A stretch of 64,000 nucleotides of DNA from the NCBI GenBank assembly GCA_963695225.1, contig OY968762.1:2432001-2496000 (forward strand), given 5' to 3'. The position numbers and the translations under genes are program-made. Of the stretch, positions 57,283 to 64,000 are shown piece by piece. Source of the DNA: Vulcanimicrobiota bacterium. Its GTDB lineage: Bacteria; Vulcanimicrobiota; Vulcanimicrobiia; Vulcanimicrobiales; Vulcanimicrobiaceae. Below the pieces are notes generated by a model. It was not told the origin of the DNA. It did no database searches and saw only the letters and a program-made list of their open reading frames with translations. The first letter of the stretch is position 1; the number at the start of each line of letters is the position of its first letter.

Positions 57283-58857
57283 GTGAACGCAATCGGGCCC
57301 GTACGGCCGGCGGCACTCGCACTGGCGCTCATGTGCGCGTGCCCTTCCGTCGCGTCCGCCGCCCAGCAAGGCGCGGTGACGCTCGCCGGCGTGCTGGCGC
57401 AATACGCGAATGCGATCGACGATCCGGGCGCGGGCCGGCCGGCGCGCTTCGAAGCGAGCGGAACGTTCCGCGGAGGAGGCCTCGACGGATCGTTCCATAC
57501 GTGGCGCGACGGCGACCGGGAGCGCGAGGATCAGGAACTCGGACCGCGCCGCGAACGCGTGCTGAGGATCGGAGCGCGGGCCTGGGTGCAAGATTCCGAC
57601 GGGAACGTGCGCGAGTTGCGCGGTTCGCTGTTGCGGCGCGCGCGCACGCAGGAGTTCATCGATTCCGGCGCGTTCGTGCACGCCCCCGAACGCTGTGCGC
57701 TGCGCGGCCCGGTGCGCGTCGGCGATCGGAACGCGTGGGCGGTCGAGGTGAGCGCGCCCGGCGGCGAGAGCGAAACGCTCTCGCTCGATGCCGAAACGGG
57801 CCTGCCGCTGCGGATCGCGTACGACGATTACGACGGAAGCGAAACGCTCGATCTCTCCGATTGGCGCTCGGTGGGCGGCCACCGCTTTCCGTTCCGGACC
57901 GTCGCCTCCGACGGCGAGCACGCCTTCGATACGGTCGCCGAGGTCGAAGAGATCGTGCTCGACGAGCCGATCGATGCCGCCGCCTTCAATCCGTTCCCGC
58001 GCCGTGCGATCGAGGCGGCCGGAATGCAGACGGTGGCTCTGACCGAACGCGACGGCCATCTGTACGCACCCGTGCGGATCGGCGGCGCGACGTACGCCTT
58101 TCTCGTCGACTCGGGAGCGCAGAACATCGTGCTCGACAGCCGCCTCGCGCGGGCGCTCTCGCTGAACGAGGAAGGTGACTTCGAGGCGAGCGGAACGGCG
58201 AGGACGGGCGGCCTGCACGTCGCGCGCTTAGCGGAGCTTTCGATCGGGGAGGCGAGGCTGCGCGACCTCGTCGTCTCGACGCTCGACCTCTCCGGTTCGA
58301 CCGGCGGCGCGTTCCGGATCGACGGAATCCTAGGCTATCCGTTTTTTGCGGCGTCGCTCGTGCGCCTCGACGCCGCGCGGCGCACGATGAGCTTTTCCGC
58401 CCCCGGGTCCGTCGTCCCGAGCGGGACGAGGATCGCGCTCGAACTCGACCGCAGCTTGCCCGAAGCGCGGTTGCGCGTGAACGGCCGCATCGACGGGATG
58501 TTCGTGATCGATACCGGGAACGCGGCCGACGTGCTGCTCTATCGTCCGTTCGTCGACGCGCACCCCGGACTCGTTCCGGTCACGTCGAGCGGCCGCCGGA
58601 GTTGGGGGATCGGCGGAGCGACGTCCGGCTACGCGACGCTGCTGGATAGGCTGGATCTCAACGGGATCGCGCTGCCGAGCGTGCACGCGGAGGTCATGCT
58701 CGCGACGCGTGGGGCGTTCGCGGACCGCCTCGATGCGGGGAACGTCGGGCTCGACGTGCTGCGCCAGTTCGTCGTGACGTTCGATTACGCGTCCTCGGCC
58801 GTCTACTTCGAGCGCCGGGACGCCCTCGACGGCCGCGCGCTGACGCCTGCGCGATAG
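57283..58857 (+). CDS. Exported protein with two retropepsin-like aspartyl protease domains
   Basis: Signal peptide (ASA); FLVDSGA...DGILG and FVIDTGN...GNVGLDVL. Confidence 0.8.
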   Translation: MNAIGPVRPAALALALMCACPSVASAAQQGAVTLAGVLAQYANAIDDPGAGRPARFEASGTFRGGGLDGSFHTWRDGDREREDQELGPRRERVLRIGARAWVQDSDGNVRELRGSLLRRARTQEFIDSGAFVHAPERCALRGPVRVGDRNAWAVEVSAPGGESETLSLDAETGLPLRIAYDDYDGSETLDLSDWRSVGGHRFPFRTVASDGEHAFDTVAEVEEIVLDEPIDAAAFNPFPRRAIEAAGMQTVALTERDGHLYAPVRIGGATYAFLVDSGAQNIVLDSRLARALSLNEEGDFEASGTARTGGLHVARLAELSIGEARLRDLVVSTLDLSGSTGGAFRIDGILGYPFFAASLVRLDAARRTMSFSAPGSVVPSGTRIALELDRSLPEARLRVNGRIDGMFVIDTGNAADVLLYRPFVDAHPGLVPVTSSGRRSWGIGGATSGYATLLDRLDLNGIALPSVHAEVMLATRGAFADRLDAGNVGLDVLRQFVVTFDYASSAVYFERRDALDGRALTPAR

Positions 58858-58985
58858 CTCCCAGGAACGGGCCGTTCGGCAGGGGCGGCCTAGGCCGACC
58901 GGCGCTCATCCGCGACCCTCCTTGCACTTCGACGCGGGAGATGGAAAGGAGAGTATATACCTCGGCTGCCTCTGAAAGCACGGGA

Positions 58986-61022
58986 ATGACGACGAATCGC
59001 ACCACGTTCCGGGCCGGGCTCGTCGGCGCCGGGAACATCTCGCAGTTCCACATCGCGGCGCTGCGCCGCATCCCGGTCGAGATCGTCGGCGTCTTCGACC
59101 TCAACGCCGCGCAGGCGGAGGCGACCGCCGCGAAATTCGGCGTGCGAGCGTTCCCCTCGATGCGAGCCCTCGTCGAAGCGGGCGCGAACGTGATTCACGT
59201 CCTCACGCCGCCGGCGACGCACGCGAACGTTGCGATCCAAGCGCTCGAATACGGCTGCCACGTCCTCGTCGAGAAACCGCTCGCCGAAGACGTCGCGGAT
59301 TGCGAGCGCGTCGGCGCCGTCGCGGCCGAACACGGCCTGCAGGTCTGCGTCAATCATTCGCTCCTGTTCGATCCGCAGATCGTACGCGCGCTCGAAGCGG
59401 TGCGCGGCGGAAAGCTCGGCCGGGTCGTCTCGGTCGACATCCTGCGCAGTTCCGTCTATCCACCGTTCGAGGGCGGCGCGCTCCCGCCGCAGTTCCGCGA
59501 CGCGGGGTATCCGTTCCGCGATCTCGGCATTCACGAACTCTATCTGCTCGAGGCGTTCCTCGGCCCGATCGAACAGGTCGACGCCGAGTGGCAGAGCCTC
59601 GGCGGGGAGCCGAACCTCGCGTTCGACGAGTGGCGCGCGCACGTGAAGTGCCGCGACGGGATGGGGCAGTTCCAACTCTCCTGGAACGTCAAGCCGATCC
59701 AGCATCTGCTCATCATTCAAGGAACGAAGGGCGTCCTGCGCGTCGATTTGATGTTGATGTTCCTCGGGATGCGCTCGGCGCTGCCGCTGCCGGGGCCGGT
59801 CGTGCGCGTCGTGAATGCAGCGACCGATTCGATTCGTCCGCTCGTCGAGGTTCCGCGCAACGTCGCCGGTTTCGTCATGAAGCAGGTGCTGCAGTACCAC
59901 GGCCTGCAGGATCTCGTTCGCGCGTTCTACCGCGCGCTCGCGAACGGCACGCCCGTCCCCGTCTCCGTCGCCGACGCGACGCCGCTCGTCGGTTGGGTCG
60001 AATCGATTGCGCGCCGCGCCGATGCGGACGGCCTCGCGCGCCTCGCGCGCTATCCGCTCGCCGAACGCACGCAGTACCTCGTGACCGGCGCTTCCGGCGC
60101 CGTGGGGAGCGCGGTCGTCGACCGGCTGCTCGCCGAGGGCAAGAAGGTGCGCATCTTCGTGCGCCGCCCGCCCGACGCGATCCCGCCGAACGTCGAGGTC
60201 GCGCTCGGAGATCTCGGCGACGCCGCCGCCGTCGACCGCGCGGTGAAGGGTGCCGAGATCGTCATCCACGCCGGTGCCGCGATGAAGGGCCCGTGGGCCG
60301 CCTTCCAATGCGCGACGATCGTCGGAACGCGCAACGTGCTCGACGCCGCCGTGAAGCACGGTGTGAAGAAACTCGTGCACATCAGCTCGATGTCGGTCAT
60401 CGATTGGGCCGGCGGCGCCGAAGGGTCCCCCGTCACCGAAGAGACGCCGTACGAGCCGCATGCGGAATCGCGCGGCTCCTACACGCAATCCAAGCTCGAG
60501 GCTGAGCGGATGGTCGTCGAGTACACGCAACGCGGCCTGCCGACCGTGATCCTGCGCCCGGGGCAGATCTTCGGCGGAAAGATTCCGCTGCTCAACGCGG
60601 CCGTCGCGCGCCGCGTCGCGGGCCGGTATCTCGTCCTCGGAGAAGGCGACGTCAATCTGCCGCTGGTGCACATGGACGACGTCGTCGACGCCGTCGTGCA
60701 GGCGTCCGAGAGCGATCTGCACTCCGGCGAGATCATCCAGCTCGTCGATGCCGGCGTCACGCAGAACGACGTCTTACGGGAGCTCGCGCGGGGGAAGACG
60801 GTGCTGCGCATCCCGCGCAAGGTGGTGTTCGCGCTCGGCGGCTTCTCCGAGGTCGCGCTCGGTGCGCTCAAGCGCAAGTCTCCGCTCTCGCGCTACCGCC
60901 TGGCCTCGGCCCTCGCGCTGCGCACGTTCCGCAACGACCGGACGGGTTTGATCGGCTGGCAGCCGCGGACGGGCATCGCCGAAGGCATGCGCCGCGAAAC
61001 GGCGCGCGAAGCGAAGACCTGA
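58986..61022 (+). CDS. Fusion of Gfo/Idh/MocA oxidoreductase and NAD-dependent epimerase/dehydratase
   Basis: GLVGAGNI, VEKP, DLGIH in the N-half; VTGASGAVG, HISS, YTQSK, LRPG in the C-half. Confidence 0.85.
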   Translation: MTTNRTTFRAGLVGAGNISQFHIAALRRIPVEIVGVFDLNAAQAEATAAKFGVRAFPSMRALVEAGANVIHVLTPPATHANVAIQALEYGCHVLVEKPLAEDVADCERVGAVAAEHGLQVCVNHSLLFDPQIVRALEAVRGGKLGRVVSVDILRSSVYPPFEGGALPPQFRDAGYPFRDLGIHELYLLEAFLGPIEQVDAEWQSLGGEPNLAFDEWRAHVKCRDGMGQFQLSWNVKPIQHLLIIQGTKGVLRVDLMLMFLGMRSALPLPGPVVRVVNAATDSIRPLVEVPRNVAGFVMKQVLQYHGLQDLVRAFYRALANGTPVPVSVADATPLVGWVESIARRADADGLARLARYPLAERTQYLVTGASGAVGSAVVDRLLAEGKKVRIFVRRPPDAIPPNVEVALGDLGDAAAVDRAVKGAEIVIHAGAAMKGPWAAFQCATIVGTRNVLDAAVKHGVKKLVHISSMSVIDWAGGAEGSPVTEETPYEPHAESRGSYTQSKLEAERMVVEYTQRGLPTVILRPGQIFGGKIPLLNAAVARRVAGRYLVLGEGDVNLPLVHMDDVVDAVVQASESDLHSGEIIQLVDAGVTQNDVLRELARGKTVLRIPRKVVFALGGFSEVALGALKRKSPLSRYRLASALALRTFRNDRTGLIGWQPRTGIAEGMRRETAREAKT

Positions 61023-61117
61023 GCGTCGGGCGCGCGTAGTCCGCGCGTAACATCCCGGCGACCTCGCGACAACGGAGCCGCGCTACGCTTGCGGCATTCC
61101 CCGTCGCGAGGTTTGTA

Positions 61118-61675
61118 GTGAACGCACCATCCGGCATCGCCCTCGTCCCTGCGCGCCTGCCGTATCTCGACCGCCGCGCGCTCTCCGAAGCGTGGTATTC
61201 GGCGCTGCGCCTCGCTCGCGCATCGCGCGGCGAACCTCCACGCTCGGAGCGAACGCCGCTCGCGGCCGAGCGCGTCCCCGGGCGCGTGCCGGCAGCGCGC
61301 TCGAGCGCGCGCCCGGCAGTGCAAGCGCATCCGCCCGTTCCGGCCCGCTCGCAACGCGTCGCCGGCGCGGCGGCCGCCGCGCCCGAAACGCGCGCGGCGC
61401 GAAGTTCCCCGCCGCGCGACGTTCGGGCGGCCTCCCGGCGTGGACGCGTCCCCGCGCAGGCTTACGTGACGCTGACGCTCGAAGGCGCGCGCGTGCGAAT
61501 CCTCGCCAGGCGCGAGGGAGCGCGGATGCACGTCATCGCGCTCTGCGGCGCGGCGCAGGTCGCGACCGTCCGTCGCGCGCTGGGCTTGCTCGAGCGAACG
61601 CTGCGCGCGCGGGGCGAACGGCTCGAGGCCGCGATCCGAACGGTCGCCCGGTGCGAGACGGAGCGTGCGGGATGA
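61118..61675 (+). CDS. Short FliK-like (hook-length control) protein
   Basis: Low-complexity Pro/Ala/Arg linker, then TLTLEGARVRI...MHVIA...VRRALGLLERTL.ARG.RL, resembling the FliK C-terminal domain; coupled to the rod gene. Confidence 0.45.
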   Translation: MNAPSGIALVPARLPYLDRRALSEAWYSALRLARASRGEPPRSERTPLAAERVPGRVPAARSSARPAVQAHPPVPARSQRVAGAAAAAPETRAARSSPPRDVRAASRRGRVPAQAYVTLTLEGARVRILARREGARMHVIALCGAAQVATVRRALGLLERTLRARGERLEAAIRTVARCETERAG

Positions 61676-62391
61676 TCTCTGCGTCGACGTCCGATGCGCT
61701 CGAACGGATCGCGGCCCGCGCGAGCGACGTCCTCTCCGCGTACGCCGGCGGCTTCGAGCCGCAACACGGCGATGCCGCGGCGAGCGCCCCGAGCTTCGAA
61801 CGCTCCCTCGATCCACTCAGCGTCGTCGCGCCGGAGCGCAGCTACTTCCTCGTCGCGCGCGACGGCGCGACGCGCTATACGCGGGACGGCGGGTTCACGT
61901 TCGAAGACGGAACGCTCCGCGCGCACGACGGAGCCGCCGTTCTGGGCTTCGGCGCCGGCGAACGCGGCACGCCCCATCCGCTCGAGATCGACGCGATCGA
62001 TCGCGCTCTCGGCCGCGTCTCCGGCGAGCGGGTCGAGTCCGACGGTTTGGTCAGCTATACGCGCACGACGATCGATCCGCGCACGGGCGATCGGCGCGTC
62101 GAGCGCGTCGAGGTCGGGCGCGTCGCGCTCGCCCGCTTTCCGGCGGGCACACAGGCCCCGCGCAGCGACGGAACGCACGTCGATGCGCCGCGCGGCGTCG
62201 CGCCGCTCGTCGGCCGGCCGTCGGACGGGAGCTTCGGACCGCTGCGGACCTACGCGCGGGATGTCGGGCGGCTCGATCTCTTGGCGGGCTTGCAGCGCCT
62301 GCAGGAGGCGTATCTCTCGTTCGAAGCCCTGCGGGTCGCGCAACGAGCCCGCGGCGGCGTCGAGCGGACGGCGTTGGATCTCGTCAAGTGA
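61672..62391 (+). CDS. Degenerate FlgE/F/G-family rod/hook protein
   Basis: DPLSV..YF.V....RYTRDG.F....L...DG..VLG; helical C-terminus LQEAYLSFEAL. Confidence 0.75.
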   Translation: MISASTSDALERIAARASDVLSAYAGGFEPQHGDAAASAPSFERSLDPLSVVAPERSYFLVARDGATRYTRDGGFTFEDGTLRAHDGAAVLGFGAGERGTPHPLEIDAIDRALGRVSGERVESDGLVSYTRTTIDPRTGDRRVERVEVGRVALARFPAGTQAPRSDGTHVDAPRGVAPLVGRPSDGSFGPLRTYARDVGRLDLLAGLQRLQEAYLSFEALRVAQRARGGVERTALDLVK

Positions 62392-63188
62392 TCGCCGCGC
62401 TCGCCTTCGAGCCGGCGCCCGCCGCGCCGCAGGGCCAAAGGGTGCGGCGTCCGAGGTTCGTTCCGCGCTCGACGCTCCCGCTCGCCGCGATGTGCCTGGT
62501 CGCGAACGGCGTGCGCGAGCACCTCGGGAGCCTCCTCGCCCGCGAATTGGAAGTGGACTTGACGGAAGCGAGCGTTCCGGATGCCGCTGCGAGGGGCGTG
62601 ATCTTTCGCGAAACGCATGTCGTGCGCGTGCGCGGTCGCGTTGCGGACGCATTCGTCGCAGTGCGCGCGCGCGATGCGCGCCGGCTCGTCGCGCTGGCCT
62701 TTGGCGAAGGAGAGCGCGACGAGCGCGACCCGCTCTCGGAGATCGAGACGCGCACGTTCGAGCGCTTGCTCGCCGCCGTCGTGCAGCAGAGCGCGCCGCT
62801 CTGCGGCACGATCGGCGGCTCCGCGCCCGAACGCGCCGAGCGTGCCGCGGAGGAGACGGTCTCGTATTTCGAAGTGCGCACCTCGGGGACGCACCGCTGC
62901 GCGATCGGTTTCGGCTTGACGGCCGATCCCCCCGAAGAGGTCTCGGTGCGGATCGCCCTCGAGGATCTGCTCGACGTTTCGCTGGACGTGCGCGTCGATT
63001 GCCCGGTGGGCGTTCGGACGATCGGCGAGCTCGCGAAACTCGACGCCGGCTCGACGCTCGCCGTCGACGGCGGATTCGATCGTTCGGCCCTGCTGCGGAC
63101 GGGCTCGTTGACGCTTGCGGCGGGATCGTGCGGGGCGAGCGCGGGGCGCTCGGCGCTCCGCGTCGAGCGGCTGGGCGCGGTCTCCTGA
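62388..63188 (+). CDS. Degenerate FliM-like C-ring protein
   Basis: LV..AFG...PLSEIE middle domain; C-terminal SpoA-like LLDVSLDVRV....TIGEL.KL..G. Confidence 0.7.
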   Translation: MIAALAFEPAPAAPQGQRVRRPRFVPRSTLPLAAMCLVANGVREHLGSLLARELEVDLTEASVPDAAARGVIFRETHVVRVRGRVADAFVAVRARDARRLVALAFGEGERDERDPLSEIETRTFERLLAAVVQQSAPLCGTIGGSAPERAERAAEETVSYFEVRTSGTHRCAIGFGLTADPPEEVSVRIALEDLLDVSLDVRVDCPVGVRTIGELAKLDAGSTLAVDGGFDRSALLRTGSLTLAAGSCGASAGRSALRVERLGAVS

Positions 63189-63454
63189 TGGAAGGGCCGC
63201 AACCGAACCTCGACCTCGTGATGAACGTCGTGCTCGGCGTGCGCGTCGAACTCGGGCGGTGCACGTTGCGCGTGCGGGACGTCCTCGCGCTTGGGGTGGG
63301 CTCGCTCGTCGCGCTCGATCGCGCCGCCGGCGCCCCCGTCGACGTCTATGTGAACGACCGGCGCGTCGCCGAAGGCGAGCTCGTCGCGCTCGACGAGCGC
63401 TACGGCGTGCGGCTCGTCCGGTTGCTGGGAACCGGCCGCGAGCCGGAGGCCTGA
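63188..63454 (+). CDS. fliN: C-ring protein FliN
   Basis: LDLVMNV...RVELG..L..GS.V.LDR.AG.PVDVYVN...A.GE.V....YGVR. Confidence 0.88.
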   Translation: MEGPQPNLDLVMNVVLGVRVELGRCTLRVRDVLALGVGSLVALDRAAGAPVDVYVNDRRVAEGELVALDERYGVRLVRLLGTGREPEA

Positions 63455-64000
63455 TGGACGGGCTCATTTCGTTGGCGGAACACGCCGGGCGCGGCACGCT
63501 CCCGCTCGACGTCTTGGCGGGGCTCACGCTCCTTGCGCTCGCGCCGTTCGTGCTCGTGATGACGACGTCGTTCGTGCGGATCGTCGTCGTGCTCTCGCTC
63601 GTCCGCTCGGCGATCGGAGCCTCCTCGCTTCCGCCGAACGCGGTGCTGACCGCGCTCGCGCTGATGCTCACGTTCGCGATCATGTCGCCGACGGTCGCCG
63701 CCGTCTCGCGCGACGCGCTCGCACCATACTCCGCCGGGAGGCTCACGCAGCGGGAAGCGATCGAGCGCGCGTACGCGCCGCTGCGCCGCTTCATGCTGCG
63801 CCAGACGCAAACGCGGGATCTCGAAACGTTCGCGCGCATCTCCGGGCACGCGGAGCGGCCGGCCGCAACAGGCCCGCCGCCCGAGGAATTGCTCCCCGCC
63901 TTCGTCGTCGGCGAGTTGCGCAGCGCGTTCGCGATCGGGCTCGCGCTCTATCTCCCGTTCATCGCGATCGATCTCGCGGTCGCCTCGATCTTGATGGGGC
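63454..64000 (+). CDS. fliP: Export gate protein FliP (partial, runs off the window)
   Basis: Not in the ORF track. ATG 63454: LTLLALAPFVLVMTTSFVRIVVVLSLVRSAIG...PPN.VL..LAL.LT, PAFVVGEL..AF.IG...YLPF..IDL. Confidence 0.92.
   Translation, partial: MDGLISLAEHAGRGTLPLDVLAGLTLLALAPFVLVMTTSFVRIVVVLSLVRSAIGASSLPPNAVLTALALMLTFAIMSPTVAAVSRDALAPYSAGRLTQREAIERAYAPLRRFMLRQTQTRDLETFARISGHAERPAATGPPPEELLPAFVVGELRSAFAIGLALYLPFIAIDLAVASILMG

Noticed and set aside
53203..64000. Flagellar cluster as pseudogene debris
   Set aside because: I saw no internal stops or frameshifts; start/stop overlaps are preserved and the FliI Walker motifs and FliP core are intact.

Overview
High-GC bacterial chromosomal window (about 70% GC by eye, not computed) with Terrabacteria-style gene order (divergent lexA/LysM pair with CGAAC-N4-GTTYG boxes, greA-lysS, truA..rplM-rpsI) plus an OstA/LptD-like exported protein. 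This combination suggests a diderm terrabacterium such as Eremiobacterota/Vulcanimicrobiota (inference only). From left to right the window holds: surface-polysaccharide genes (glf, rfbC, priming sugar transferase, murJ, a WbpI/E/B/D-like diacetamido-uronate set, gmd-rmd); an ECF sigma/anti-sigma module; B12-dependent lysine 5,6-aminomutase (kamDE); dacB; larC-larE; hicAB; thiolase/hbd/acyl-CoA dehydrogenase; sucCD; an SOS locus; CoA synthesis genes (panC-coaBC-coaX); dusB; gabT; greA-lysS-truA; rplM-rpsI; and a GAF-PAS class III cyclase. Four things stand out. (1) An intact but miniaturised flagellar-type export cluster (tiny FlgB, FlgC, FliE, a FliF::FliG-middle-domain fusion with no FliG torque domain, FliH, FliI, FliK-like, one rod/hook-family protein, FliM without the CheY-binding peptide, FliN, FliP), which may be a non-rotating flagellum-derived secretion system. 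(2) A class III aminotransferase + SRPBCC + acyl-ACP-reductase-like + unknown-protein locus that resembles a split TamH-type fatty-amine pathway. (3) A photoactive yellow protein homologue divergent from an atypical Crp/Fnr regulator. (4) A family of modular, covarying palindromic intergenic repeats (4 copies). I found no CRISPR array, rRNA, tRNA or transposase. All calls are from motif recognition by eye; no searches were run.
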